Positions 13,011-27,231 of a stretch of 64,000 nt of DNA are shown here, piece by piece (positions within the stretch are counted from its first letter, which is position 1; each line of letters opens with the position of its first letter). Below the pieces are notes generated by a model. That model was given only the letters and a program-made list of their open reading frames with translations, ran no database searches and was not told the origin of the DNA. The DNA comes from Octopus vulgaris (lineage: Eukaryota): contig OX597815.1 in assembly GCA_951406725.2 (NCBI GenBank), forward strand, positions 37,014,001-37,078,000, in the 5' to 3' direction. Both the position numbers and the translations under genes were made by a program.

Positions 13011-13654
13011 TGTATTTGCCTCCCATCAGCACAAATTGCTTCGATTTTAGCATGATCATTAATTATGCAGAGAAATTAAAAACAGCTCAATGAAGCAAGC
13101 TATATAATAAGTGCGATACAAATGTATTACTCTCATGTAAATTATTGGAACAAATGGAAAAGCTATTGATACTATCGGCGGACGGCTTGAACCAGAAATA
13201 AAAAAAAAGTGATATTCCTTTGAGTCAACGCATTTTTGATGAACTGAATGATAAAGGAAGTCAAAATGACGCATTTACAGTGAGTAATGTCTGATTTGTA
13301 GATCATAAGTATTGTACCTTATCTTAATATAACTGAAGTAGCGGAAGCATTTTCTTCGGAATTCTAAGCCATTGTACAGAATCCTGTCGTATGTACAGAA
13401 TGTTAAACATCCGGAATGTCATATTCTCAATGTATTGATAGATGAGATGGAGAATGTCTTCAGAGACCTTTATTGCCACCGAAGCTTGAGAAATTTAAGT
13501 TAACAATTTGAGATTAATATATTTATAGAAAAATTTTTGCTGAAGTTTTGTCGCCTAAGAAAATTCCCCACACAATTGACACTAATATTTCTGCTTGGTG
13601 TTTATGTTTTGGGGACTCTGAAATTGAATTCGATGTTGATCTGCTAGTCGGAAA

Positions 13655-13678
13655 TACCCTGTGCAGTGAAAGGGTTAA
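13655..13678. mobile_element. Possible piggyBac-like terminus
   Basis: ..GCAGTGAAAGGG followed by TTAA; no partner end found. Confidence 0.3.
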
Positions 13679-13714
13679 ATAATCTACTATTACGGGTCAA
13701 TTGGAATTGGGGCG

Positions 13715-14200
13715 AAATGATGTGGGTCGTACACAAATTGTTACAAAATCCTGTACGGAATCCAGTTTTGCACTTCTGTGTGATAAATCATCCTTTTATG
13801 AATACTGTCCTAAATATATGCCACATTCTATAAGATACGTATTTGCAGAAAATTGTTTAAAACTAGTATTTTCTGGCATTGAAGATAAAAACTATCTAGG
13901 TGCACTTTTGGTAGCTTTATATGAGTATTATAGATAATAATATTAAAAATCACTACTCTATCAAGTATTTTAGATAGCGTTCATCTGACTTTTTATAGTA
14001 CCATCCGTTCTGAAAATGTCGAAGCTTGGCATGGACAGTCCTGCATTACACAACGAAAACACCTTTTGTGAATGGGATGAACTGTCAATTTGGTGAGCTC
14101 TGAAAAGAGAGTGTCTGATTCGGAGGAGCCTGTATCTTAATATTATCCCCATCTGCGTAGAGGCTCTCTCGTTGGTTCCTACAAATGATGTTTGCAATTT
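13715..14200 (-). mobile_element. Highly degraded CR1-like RT fragment
   Basis: Manual translation: SLYADGDNIK (YADD-like) and LDSVQDFVT (LESVQ..T-like), with stops. Confidence 0.35.
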
Positions 14201-14899
14201 AATGTTGCATTGTATACATACACAATGTTTTATTATTTAAAAGTGCAAAGTTGAGAACTTTGCGTTGGTAAAACCCCGACAGTAGTTGCATCTTCCCTCA
14301 ACAGCATTGATAACATTCTTTCTATAACAGCATCTACTAGTCGAAGAGAGCCTCTATCCTGTCGCTGTATAGGAAGGCGTTGAAGGCAAAAGTCCCTGCC
14401 GGTTTAAAAAGAGGTAGACGTGTATATTCAGGTTAACGTAGTCCTGGAAATCAATAGCCTTAAAAAATACAGGATGTCCATAGGCCCGCTCAATCAGCGC
14501 CGACATGGAGCTAAATAATGATAACAACGATAACTGTTAGTTGTATCATTCAGTTAAACTGTTTTTAATTGGATGAATCAAGACTTGTTTCAGTTCTTAA
14601 TCATATTCGTTATGAACACAGTTTAGCGACGTTAACAGGATACGAACTACCGCTCTTTTGATCGTAGTGGCTATCTTATCTTCTTTGCTAAATGTGAAGC
14701 CCTATAGTAAACATACCTGTTAATGTTTAGCGGGTCATTAGCTCCCCACCGAGAAATTTTGCTTCATAAAGTATATATGCATAATTGCATACATGCATAA
14801 TACTTACACACATTCATACATGCATAATACTTGGACACACTCATACGTGCATATATAGACACATACATATATTGATGCTTTCATACATACAAATATATT

Positions 14900-15375
14900 C
14901 ATATGCTATGGAAAGCTGCACAATGAAGAGGCATCAGGAAGAGTCTCAATAATTGGATATTTGTGTAAGATGTTGATGTTTCACAGAAAATCATTCACGT
15001 ATATTTAAAAGAATTATGTTAGCTCAAATTGACATATCAAATTGGCTTGTCATAGAACGAAGAAATCTTGTTGCTAAGAATGAAAACATCCACTTGGCAG
15101 AAAACTACAAGCACGTTGCTACCTTAAATATGGCGTATAAAATTTACACAAGCTGTCTCAAACAATTACTCTGAGACTATTGGGAGTCCAACAAAATAGT
15201 GATTGATGAGCGGGAAAATGGAAAGAAATGCGAATGTTGATGTATAGGACAAATATTAATTAAAAAAAAAACTGCACTGACTGAGAAAAATAAAACACAA
15301 AAAAATGTAACAATATAGTTTGATTAGAGAAATATATTTGACTCTATTTCTTCTCCTCCAACCATACATGGTTTT
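14900..15375 (+). mobile_element. Degraded R4/Dong-type RT fragment
   Basis: ENYKHVATLNMAYKIYTSCL (NYRPI.CL..YK motif), GQILI, FDSI. Confidence 0.6.
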
Positions 15376-15425
15376 CTATTAACCGGCAATGCTGCAATAA
15401 ACACATAAACGCACACACGCATGTA

Positions 15426-15470
<45 letters not shown>

Positions 15471-15705
15471 GACTCTCGACAAGAGAGGCAGGGTGCTGCG
15501 AAGGTACCTGGTCTTTTCCATAGGCTTTTCTTTCCACTGATAAACCTTATCTGTTTCTCCCTTTACACTTTACGTCATGACATTTCTGTGATACACGATC
15601 CCTATTGTTCTGTTTTTTTTTACGATCCCTATTGATCGAAAACCTACCCCTTGTTTTTCTTTTTTTTCTCCCTAAAAAAAAAAGATCTACTTAGCTATTT
15701 CTTCT
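15471..15705 (+). mobile_element. Tx1 3' UTR fragment
   Basis: Matches ~33975-34165 (CCACTGATAAACCTTATCTG..GATCGAAAA). Confidence 0.75.
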
Positions 15706-15966
15706 ACTATAAGAAGAAACTCCCGAACAACATATACTCAAAACAACTCACGTTGGCTGCTATTTCTAATGTTCGGTATGTGGTGAAGCAAATTTTTGCT
15801 GAATCCCAATTATAATTATACTCAGAATTATAAAATATTGTTTAAGTTTACCGAAAATGGTCCTTTTAACATGCCGAATACTACTTGGTGGAATTATTAA
15901 TTATTAATTAATTAATTAATTAATTTTACCCTCTATTATTATTGATTATATATATATATGCATATG

Positions 15967-16640
<674 letters not shown>

Positions 16641-16655
16641 ATTTGTATATATATA

Positions 16656-16752
<97 letters not shown>

Positions 16753-16765
16753 TATGCATATACAT

Positions 16766-17330
16766 ATGGAGGGTGCGTAAGATATTTCAGTACAGATTTA
16801 TGTTTATAGGAAAACAGATATGTAATAACATAACTTTATTTATCAAAAAATGGTATGAGGATAAAAATAAACCATAATATAATGTTATTCAATAAAGTCA
16901 TCTTCAGCTTCAACAACTGCTTCTATATGAGATCTAAATCATCTACATGGTCGAATCAAGTGGTCTGGTTCATTTTGGACATTACTCTGACTATGGTAGC
17001 TTTCAAAGATCTTTGGCACCGTGCAGTAGCACCCTATTCGAAGATTAGTATAGCTTTCATAGCCAGAGTTTGAAGTAAGCACTTCCATGATTTTCCAGAC
17101 ATATGTTATTATATAATTTTTTTCAGAATTCACTCAAGCGAATAGACATTTTTCAGCTTTTCCTCGTCGCTGATCTGAGACAACCTTCTTCCTGTAGCAG
17201 CGATGGATTGCTTCAAGCCTTACCATTAATTTCAAAGTACGTTGTGTCCAGAGTTCGGAAGCAATAATCCAGAGGTCGGAAGACAAATGTCCTCCAGAGG
17301 ATCATCATAGTTTTTTTATCATCATATTAT
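16766..17330 (-). mobile_element. Tc1/mariner-superfamily transposase C-terminal fragment
   Basis: Minus strand ..YVWKIME..LIRPCR*FRSHIEAVVEAEDDFIE* typical transposase C-terminus; TIR-like GAGGGTGCG end. Confidence 0.65.
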
Positions 17331-17344
17331 GAAATATCTTAGAA

Positions 17345-17810
17345 TTGATCTGGCCAGCCGTCTACACTTCATTATCTTTTTAGTAATATGCACATGAAAA
17401 AGAAAATGCATCATTACTCCGTCAATGCCCAGGCTACGTAGTGATTATAACTCTGGCAATGCAATTCATCCAAGTCCAGTGTATTTTGCTTGCATTACAT
17501 TTAACGTTTTGTGCTGATAGCAGATGGCTTTAGGCTTGTAAGCATTAAATTGCATGTTGTTTTCTCCTGTCGGCTTATAGATAGCATTTAAGCTATTTGG
17601 CTTGCGCGTAGCATCTCCAGGGTTCTTTTACCTGAGATACTTCTGTATGGTTTGCATAGTTAGTGAAGGATGCTCTCTGTACAGCTGAGGGCATAAGAGA
17701 GAGTCATTATAATTCATAGTGGCCTCAGGACAGTACCTTGTAGAATTCCACTCGGTATAATCATTTCCTAGGAGATGGCTCCATTGGATAATACTGCTTG
17801 ACTTCAAAAA
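17345..17810 (-). mobile_element. Degraded CR1-group RT fragment
   Basis: ENNMQFNAYK, homologous to ~7560-7620. Confidence 0.55.
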
Positions 17811-17885
17811 TGTGATAGAGCTTTCTTTCCGACCTAATGCGCATGTACACTTGTGAATGTATGCTTACGAATAAACATATACACT

Positions 17886-18096
17886 TTTCTACTCTAGGTA
17901 CAAGGCCCGAAATTTGGTGGGAGGAGGCCAGTCGATTAGATCGATCCCAGTACGCAACTGGTACTTAATTTATCGACCCCGATAGGATAAAAGGCAAAGT
18001 CAACCTCGGTAGAATTTGAACTCAGAACGCAAAGACAGACGAAATACCGCTAAGTATTTCGCTCGGCGTGCTAACATTTCTGCCATTTCGCCGCCT
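17886..18096 (-). mobile_element. SINE family B (second tail type, ..GGCCTTGTACCTAGAGTAGAG)
   Basis: Head and core match 10639-10875. Confidence 0.85.
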
Positions 18097-18530
18097 CAAT
18101 AAACATATATACTGACACATTCCATATCAACATATTTATGATTTAAACAAGGAGGAAACCTCAGCGTGGTCCCTCGATTTCAGAAAAATTTGGCTGCTAC
18201 TTGTCATAAGATGAAGCTAGACATATACATCGGGAGTGGGAAATATGCTGTTGGGTGTGTAAGGGTTATATTTTGGTGTGAAAGGATTTGATCTCAGTTT
18301 TGTCAACAGCCAAGCAACACGTTATATTACAGCAGCTAGTTCATCAACTCCTCTTCTTACAGACAGATGAATTGAACAGATATAAAGTAGTGCATTATCC
18401 AAATATACAGTAGACGAAACTACTGGCAGAATGACCCGACACTTTATCTGGACATCATACAATTCTTTAGAAGTCTAAAAACCTCAACTCGTCACTTATT
18501 GCATTAAAATAACTATTATTGTCTTTATAG

Positions 18531-19169
18531 GTGAAGGCACAATGGCCCAGTGGTTAGGAAAGCGGACTCGCGGTCATAGGATCGCGGTTTCGATTCCCAG
18601 ACCGGGCGTTGTGAGTGTTTATTGAGCGAAAATACTTAAAGCTCTGCGAGACTCCGGCAGGAGGTGGTGGCGAACCTTGCTGTATTCTTTCACTTCTTCT
18701 TCCTGTTTTTGTTCTACCTGTATTTCAAAGGGCCAGCCTTGTAACAGTCTGTGTCACGCTGAATCTCTCCGAGAACTACCTTAAGGGTACACGTGTTCGT
18801 GGAAGTGCTCAGCCACTTGCACGTTAATTTCACGAGAAGGCTGATCCGTTGAATCTCTCCGAGAACTACCTTAAGGGTACACGTGTCCGTGGAAGTGCTC
18901 AGCCACTTGCACGTTAATTTCACGAGAAGGCTGATCCGTTGAATCTCTCCGAGAACTACCTTAAGGGTACACGTGTCCGTGGAAGTGCTCAGCCACTTGC
19001 ACGTTAATTTCACGAGAAGGCTGATCCGTTGAATCTCTCCGAGAACTACCTTAAGGGTACACGTGTCCGTGGAAGTGCTCAGCCACTTGCACGTTAATTT
19101 CACGAGAAGGCTGATCCGTTGATCGGATCAACTGGAACCCTCGTCGTCGAAACTGACGGAGTGCCGTAG
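18531..19169 (+). mobile_element. tRNA-derived SINE family C with internal 4 x 90-bp tandem repeat and 15-bp TSD
   Basis: A box TGGCCCAGTGGTTAG, B box GGTTTCGATTCC; units start at 18761/18851/18941/19031; TSD TATTGTCTTTATAGG at 18517-18531 and 19170-19184. Confidence 0.9.
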
Positions 19170-19240
19170 TATTGTCTTTATAGGCTTCTGGCTACTTCGT
19201 TAAACGAGCTAATTGAGGAAATAAAAACGACCTACAAGAT

Positions 19241-19241
<1 letters not shown>

Positions 19242-19327
<86 letters not shown>

Positions 19328-19350
19328 GTCTGTCTGTCTGTCTGTCTGTC
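19242..19350. repeat. (TATC)n(TGTC)n microsatellite
   Basis: Direct reading. Confidence 0.95.
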
Positions 19351-20600
19351 TTTTTTCTTTCTTTACAATAAACTTTGGAGACCATAAAATTATTTTACGA
19401 GTTGAAAGATTGAAAATATTCTGAGAAAACAAATTCTGGTTCAGTTACAATTATCATACTGGTATTATCGTTATTCATACATTTATATGTAAGTATAAAT
19501 ACCAATAACAGTAGGAAAGAATTTTTGCTGTTCGTCCGTTACACAAAATATATTGTTTTTATTTTATGTATGAGATCTGCTGTTGTATTGGACTACTACT
19601 TGAAATACATATTATAAATAGATATTGATTTCATATTCACCATAAAATGTTTATGAAAAGGATAGCATTGAGCTTTCAAGAGGTTTTTCTCGGATACATT
19701 TTGAACACAAATAAACTTAACCAAAGTTTTCTGTTGCTTTGAATTGTCTTCTCTTATGGTAGTAATACAAAAATAATATAAAAATTAAAAAAATAAAGAA
19801 AAAAACTGTAATAAAATTGGTTTGAGAAAAATGTAGCTGGTTAAATTAGAAATAATATTCCGATTTCATAATCAAAGAATACAGAAACATTTTTTTCTGT
19901 AAACAAGCATTGTTTACCTAATGTAAAACTGAAAAGCAACGAAATGAATATGTATGTTTGTGTAATAGAAATAAAAGAAAAAATACTCGTTTAAACATGG
20001 ATACACGCTAACATACGCTACATTACACACACACATAGATACATACACACACACATTTAGATAAAAAGCATAATTGAAGTAAAGTGATGGTGGTCTATGT
20101 CGGTTAAGATTGTATTTATTGGTTTAATAGTGAAACAATTTTAGTCTAGGCCGTCGCGAGGGAATGGTTCTTCCCCCCCCCCCAAGAATGCATACAAACG
20201 TAGGTAATTTTACTTTAAATGTGTATAGACACACGTACGTAAACACGCATATTTTTGTTTTATATATTCGCTTCTCTACTGTGTAAGCACCATGGAATAA
20301 TGAAGATCCTCATAGAAGCTGATGCAGGTTCTATTTGAGTTGAACCACTTCCCCTCACTTAGCTCGCAATACATCGTGAGGATATGTATGCTCAACCGGG
20401 ATTTCTTGCCAAGCTAGTTGAATACAAATTCTCTCAATGAAGTAGTGCATCTAGCTGTAATGCATGTAGCAGAGGATGGTAAGCAGCGGAAACACAGAAA
20501 AACTGATGACGGTTTTGTTATCTGGCATGCTGTGGTCAATCCTACCTACAATTTTAGATGTTAGCATTAAACTTATTTGTTCTAGATGTACTACACGAAG

Positions 20601-20862
20601 GTGGAAGCGCGTGGCTTTAGTGGTTAAGGTTTCAGCACCATGATCGTAAAATTGTGGTTTCGATTCCTGGACCGGGCGACGCGTTGTGTTCTTGAGCAAA
20701 ACACTTCATTTCACGTTGCTCCAGTCCACTCAGCTGGCAAAAATGAGTAACGCTGCGATGGACTGGCGTCCCGTCCAGCTAGGGAACACATACGCCATAG
20801 AAACCGAGGAACCGGGCCTATGAGCCTGGATAGGCTTTAAAAGGGCGCATTTATTTCTTTTA
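20601..20862 (+). mobile_element. tRNA-derived SINE (C-related head, different body) with 12-bp TSD
   Basis: A/B boxes; TSD TACTACACGAAG at 20589-20600 and 20863-20874. Confidence 0.88.
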
Positions 20863-23861
20863 TACTACACGAAGAGAGAGTTTTCTGTTGTGTCTCTATG
20901 GTTTATAGGATTCGCTTGTGTTCCTACTTTTTGACAATAAAAAAAAAAGAGCTGAAATTAATACAGCAGTGGATACAAGGATCAAACACCACTGAAGTCT
21001 GATCAATATTTTTGAAATTAAGAGTGATTTGGTTCGTTTTATCGATTTGTTACTTTTCGATTGAACCTCATTCAAATGTGATTCTTGTGGTTGATCGAAC
21101 GTCTTATTCAAAAAAAATATTTCTAATCTCACTATACAGATTTCCACCCAATCACACATATTACTCTTATGAAACATCGTTTCACACGTGACATTGCTAT
21201 TTGCCAGACAATCCATTAAACATTTTCAATAGCTTTTCTATTTTGAGCCATGATTGATTTCATTGATATTCCATGCGTCTTTATACTTTCCAGAGACTAT
21301 TTTATTCACAAGATACATCACCTTATTTATGATCCATTGGTTAAGCAACAGTTTTACATTTGCACAGACTTTCAGGCACACAAACGCGCACAAATATATA
21401 TTCATATGCTCACAATGTTCATATGTTTACAACTGATATACTCGTTGTACGTCTTTCTTACATTTGCTTTGTATTTGTCATTCCACCCACCTAATATGTT
21501 CGCCATTTGGCATAATCGATTGCGAATCATAGACGAGAGACTGAGCTACATTCTACAAAAGCCTAGCGCAATGTACACAACCACAATGGAAAATGATTTT
21601 GACAACCAAACAATGCAAAAACATCTTTAATTCTCACATTGTTTCCTTACTAAGCTTTGCAAAACGTTTGGATAACAGCAGTCGTATGCTGTTAAAACCC
21701 CCATGTTTTTAATTCAGCAGACTAGCAATTATATCAATAGTTTAGACACCAAGATATCGAATACAGTAACTAGAATATATTCTAAATTGGCTGACATTAA
21801 AAAAGAAAAGAAAAAAAAATCGATAGAAACATACTTAGTTTTCCTCGTCTACATGCGAAACTGTTATAGAAGTGCAACACTATAATTCACCAAGCATAAA
21901 GAATATAGGAGATAACTGTCTATTGAAATATGTCCATAATATTTGCATTTATATTGTCCGAAGTATTTGCACAATGATGTGCAAAGATCTGGACTTAAGT
22001 AAAACATATAATACTCATTTCTAAATTTAATGCAGTTGTTGGATTAGTGAATGCCATCAAAGATATATATTATAATACACGAGGTCCATAATGACTGCGG
22101 CTAGATATGTACACATAAATGCGTCAAATGGCCATTATCTATAATCGATATATGTGTTTGGAAGTTGCAGTATATCAATGTTTTTAAGGAACTAACTATG
22201 CTGATCATATGCTGGTCCTTGCTGCTCAGCTTAATTCTTGCTGGCCGAGTCTACCCATTTGTGTACTAATCACGAAGAGACAGATTTCACCATTGAAAAC
22301 AGGAGCAACGCTGTGTAACTCACACAATTTCTATAGTTGCTTTGCTTGGTACAAATCTTGCCATGAGTAATATCTGCGACAAACTGGTGAAAACTGGAAT
22401 AATCTATTATTAGTGGTAACTGATTCGAGTGACGGTTGTGGATAAAAAGATGGAGCATACTGAACACTATTTGATTTTGCCAATATAAGAATGATTTTAT
22501 CTTTTAAGTATTCACAGATCCAAATCAGTAGAAAACGTTTTTAACAGAAATCAATATTTCTCATTCATCTCAATATTTTTAGCTGCAAAAATAAAATAAT
22601 ATAAAAAATACTAATCAGCTTCTTTAATTTTTTTCTACCATAACTGCTGTTTCAGCAGGAACCTGAAAATACGTTTAGAAAATTGGCACCTTAAACTATA
22701 AACTACATTACTTTAAATTTAAAGTTACTCCAAAACCTCAACTTATCAATTTACGTGCATCAAGTTTTTAAAAAACTTCCTTGAAATCTCAAAAGATTTC
22801 ATAAAACTACAACACTCTTGTTTCTGCCTAAATTATATATATTCACTAAAAATCTTCTACACTATTGCAGCAGTGATATTATATGATCGTATATGTTAGT
22901 CATTTCATATAATCATATATCTTTTATTGCAATATTTAAAATGCTACTATCGATATTCACAGTTTGTAAATCTCTTCAGCTTGTTATGATTGGACAGAAT
23001 CCAAAATTTGACAAATTACGTCATCGAAAGTGTTTCTATGTATAAAGATAGAGCATATATTCAACTTTTTGTCAAAATTTATTCTCTGCTTGATTTAACG
23101 CTATTATCGTGTTAAGGATGACAGATTGCAAGAGACTCATTCTGAAGTTTCTGTGCAAGAAATACATCTACATATAATATATTTATATGTGATTCGTTAT
23201 TGAACTGTCAAAAAAAAAAAAAAAACCTTCGCCATTCTATCTGACAGGAAATCATTTACTATTACAATATAATTATGTTGTGTTTCGTATAAACTGAAGT
23301 ACTGAAAATATATTATAGAATTACCTGTGAGAGAGATTCAAACTTTTTTAAATCAGGAATTAACTTCAAATGTTAAAATAAAGATTATCGGAAGAATTAT
23401 ACATCTATTTTCCAAGACATGTTTAATTTTAGGTTGACATTTCATTTACAGTAGCATAAAACATATTTAAGCCCTTCGTTCTGTATAGAACATAGGCCAC
23501 CAGCAACTTCTTTTTCCGTTGTCGATCTCAGCTGCTTTCAAGGTCACCTTATGTATTTCTGAGGGAAGGCCTTCCTCTCCTTGTTGGCTTTGAATTGTCA
23601 TCCATACTTCTGTAACTTTTTTCTAAGAAGGCGTATTGGCTTTAGGCAAACCAATGTTTACCTCTTGGAAGAGGTGGTCCATATTATCCAACCTGGTTGA
23701 TCAAAGCTCGGCTTGTGTCTTGGCAGCATTACACCATCCATAACTCACCTCGCCTGACTTACAGCCACTTTGAAATAACTTCTGTCTAACTACCTAACTT
23801 GATGGCCTTCTCCCCACTAGTTCCTGTGATTCCCTGTAATTATACACACACACACACACAC

Positions 23862-23920
<59 letters not shown>

Positions 23921-23923
<3 letters not shown>

Positions 23924-24228
23924 ATGCGCAATGGCCTAGTGGTTAGGGCAGCGGACTCGCGGTCGCAGGATCGCGGTTTCGATTCCCAGACCGGACGTTG
24001 TGTGTGTTTATTGAGCGAAAACACCTAAAAGCTCCACGAGGCTCCGGCAGGGGGTGGTGATCCCTGCTGTATTCTTTCACCACTCTTTCTCCCACTCTTT
24101 CTTCTGTTGGCCTGCTCGCTTAGCCAGCGGGGTGGCGTCATTCGAAGGCTAAAAAACAATGCGAACGCATATAGACCAGCGATGTGTAACAACATCTGAT
24201 GGTCTGGTCGGTCACGTGATCACGTGAT
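23921..24228 (+). mobile_element. SINE family C (tail variant ..GGTCGGTCACGTGATCA)
   Basis: Head shared with 18531 copy; inverted partner at 24737-25020. Confidence 0.88.
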
Positions 24229-24314
24229 ATATATATATACATTCATATTTATGTAGTTTACTCTTCCGTTAAGGGAGGATCAACAAAAGATATTCCATCC
24301 AGTGAGGGATAAAT

Positions 24315-24522
24315 ATCATTCAAGGAACACTGTATTAAAATAAGAGCTACTAATGGTTCCTTGCCATTGAGACACGTCGTGGTTAGGCAGATTATTCTTG
24401 AACAAACAATATGCTCAGACCCTGCAGATTGCTTAGCGTTATAAAAATCTGCCTAACTACTTGTCTCAAAGGTAGGAAACTATAAGCAGCTCTTATTTTA
24501 ATAGAGTGTACATTAAATGATA
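24315..24522. mobile_element. MITE-like element with ~37-bp terminal inverted repeats
   Basis: TATCATTCAAGGAACACTGTATTAAAATAAGAGCTAC versus reverse complement of 24486-24522 (about 32/37 match). Confidence 0.6.
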
Positions 24523-24695
24523 CCTATGTTTTTTATTAGTATTTAGCTCCGTGCGTTGGGACATATCAACGTACGGAACTCTCGGCCTTTGAATCATTCT
24601 GCTGCTTCTGTTAAATATTTATATAAAAATATACACATACTCATATTTTGAGTTGTTTTTCCTGATTGGATCACCAAACATACGTACATACATAC

Positions 24696-24736
<41 letters not shown>

Positions 24737-24741
<5 letters not shown>

Positions 24742-25020
24742 CGTGATCACCATGACCGACCAGGCTATCAGATGCTGCTACACATCGCTGGTCACAATGC
24801 GCTTGGCATTGTTTTAGCCTTCTAATGACGACATCCAGCTGGCTAAGCGAGTAGGCCAATAGAAGAAAGAGTGAAAGAAAGTTGTGGCGAAAGAGTACAG
24901 CAGGGACCGCCACCACCCCCGCCGGAGCCTCGTGGAACTTTAGGTGTTTTCGCTCAATAAACGCTCACAACGCCCGGTCTGAGAATCGAAACCGCGATCC
25001 TACGACTACGAGTCCGCGAG
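24737..25020 (-). mobile_element. SINE family C copy, inverted relative to 23921-24228
   Basis: Reverse-complement similarity over ~280 bp. Confidence 0.88.
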
Positions 25021-25357
25021 TCTGTGCGATGGTTTTATGGTGAGCAGTGTCGGTTTTTACAATTCTGTAAACAATAACGCAATATTTTATAAGCTTAAAA
25101 CTTATAAGCGATCACCGTGTAATGACAAAAGAAAATAGTCTATTTCCCACGACGGTAAAAAGTAGGGTTTTCCGCGCGCAAATTAACATTACAGTTGTTT
25201 CTGTAAACGGACAATATTCTTATTCCATATCTCATACAATATTATGCAGTTCATGTAATGTAATAAATGTCATGATGTAATAATTCTATAGTCTATTTGC
25301 TTCCTCACACGTCATGATTTCAAGGTACTATCAACCGAGTGATTGTTTTGAGTTGAA

Positions 25358-25557
25358 GGCAGCTAGCTAGCAGAATCGTTAGCACTTTGGCGAAATGTTT
25401 AGCGGTATTTCGTCCGAATTCAAATTCCGCCGAGGTCAACTTTGCCTTTCATCTCTTCGGGGTCAATAAATTAAGTACCAGTTACGTACTGGGTTCAGTG
25501 TAATCAATAAGTCTCCTCCCCTCAAATTTCAGGCAGCATGCCTATAGTAGAAAGGAT
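25358..25557 (+). mobile_element. SINE family B
   Basis: Head, core and second tail type. Confidence 0.8.
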
Positions 25558-25704
25558 TGTTTTGGTTTGAGTTCATTTGAGCTTGTCACAATGTGTAAAT
25601 AGACCGAACTCATAGCTTTCGCTTGCTATTGAAGTTAAAATAATTTTATCTTATAGATCAAAGCATCAACCGTAGAATGACGATCAGTCACTTAACTCGG
25701 ATCT

Positions 25705-26120
25705 TTTCCTTTTGAACGGCAGTTTGTAACATAATTTCTAGGTAACTAAAATTTTTAAACTTCGTATACTGGTAGAATGTGTTCATAAAACATCATTTTC
25801 TCTTGGCTTTATTGAGAAAATTCTATAGGTTGTGACATATTTCGTCTAAAATTTCTTGCATTTCGGCAATTTTAACCAATTACTGGCGTCCATTTAGGTA
25901 AATAACATTCTGTGCATAATGAATATGTCCCTCCTTTAAGAAACACATTGGGCTTATTTAAATTTGTGAAGAAAAAGATACCCTTCCCCCACCCCTAACC
26001 CTAACCCTAACTCTAACCCTAAATCTAAAATAGATTGAAATGCAATAGATCGATACTAGGGTTATAATTATGGGTGACAATTTCATACGACACCGCTATA
26101 AAAAACTTAGCGGTTCATGG
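25705..26120. mobile_element. Non-autonomous Helentron-like/DNA element carrying telomeric (CCCTAA)n
   Basis: Subterminal TGAACGGCAGTTT with imperfect inverted copy AAACTTAGCGGTTCA; CCCTAA units at ~25992-26022. Confidence 0.5.
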
Positions 26121-27014
26121 CAAAAATATTACAACTCATGGTCACCTTAATAGGAAGAAGTGAATTAAGATATTGATTTCCCTCAGACTGACAATGTTTA
26201 AATACTTACGACACAGTACATTTTGGTGAAGACATCCAAGTGCCATGAGGTGGTGCCAAAATGGGAGCTCTACCACATGAGAACATGTATAATCCAAGAA
26301 GTTTCTGTGGAGTTTTTGCTTACCCATTCTCTCTCACTACGCTGTGCGGAAGACTAGTTTCCAAGGTTCAGTGCAATGAGATCAAACTTGAAACCGTGTG
26401 ATTGTGAATTGAACAATTTAGCCACCCAGCCATGCCCCGATTCGTTTCTTCATCGGTAATGTTGCATTTGCTTATCATATTGGCCATGCACTAGAAATAT
26501 TAGCTTAAGCAATCTATTTTAAGTGCCTTAATTCGCTACGTAAAGTATTTTTTCAGACACTGAATCTAGTAACAATTATGCAATGCATCCTTTTTTAAGA
26601 TGGTGGCATATGATTTGAGGCAGATATAATTGCTATTTCTAGCAGGCCAAGAGGCTCCCATAGTTGCTCCTAATATATACTGATCGTGTCTATGTTCTGT
26701 ATCAATAAATTCTTTATTTAACTACGCACTGTCAATAGCTAGGAGGTGAACGCAAAGAAAATCAATTGACTTTTGTGTCAGTTGGCAGAGAAATTTTGCA
26801 ATGATTTTTTTCTCTCTCTCCTTTACTTATAGCATCCCTCATTTACTCTGGTATTTAAACAACAAGAGGGAATTTTTGTTTTCTAATTGTTTGCTTAATC
26901 TCATGTGAACGAAATTTTTCCACTCATCATATCACACGTGTGAGAGCCTACGGTATTTTCTTTCAAAGACTGCTTGCTGTGGTATAAATTTAGCTTGTTT
27001 CTGCATGCATGCTT

Positions 27015-27079
27015 ATGTCGTCGTCGTCGTCGTCGTCGTCGTCATCATCGTCATCGTCATCGTCATCATCATCATCATT

Positions 27080-27155
<76 letters not shown>
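27015..27155. repeat. (CGT)n(CAT)n microsatellite
   Basis: Direct reading. Confidence 0.95.
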
Positions 27156-27231
27156 GATCGTTGCATTTAGTAGAAAATCACAATTAGTAATACTGGGCCC
27201 CCCAAAAAATCTAATTATTCCTAGTGTTTAC

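Noticed and set aside
18541-18610. SINE heads as functional tRNA genes
   Set aside because: No complete cloverleaf; continuous with SINE bodies, tails and TSDs
18714-19103. 129-aa repeat ORF, or CRISPR-like array
   Set aside because: Pure tandem duplication of SINE body with no variable spacers; eukaryotic context
22560-22662. TCC TGC TGA as a selenocysteine codon
   Set aside because: No convincing SECIS downstream and the exon itself is uncertain
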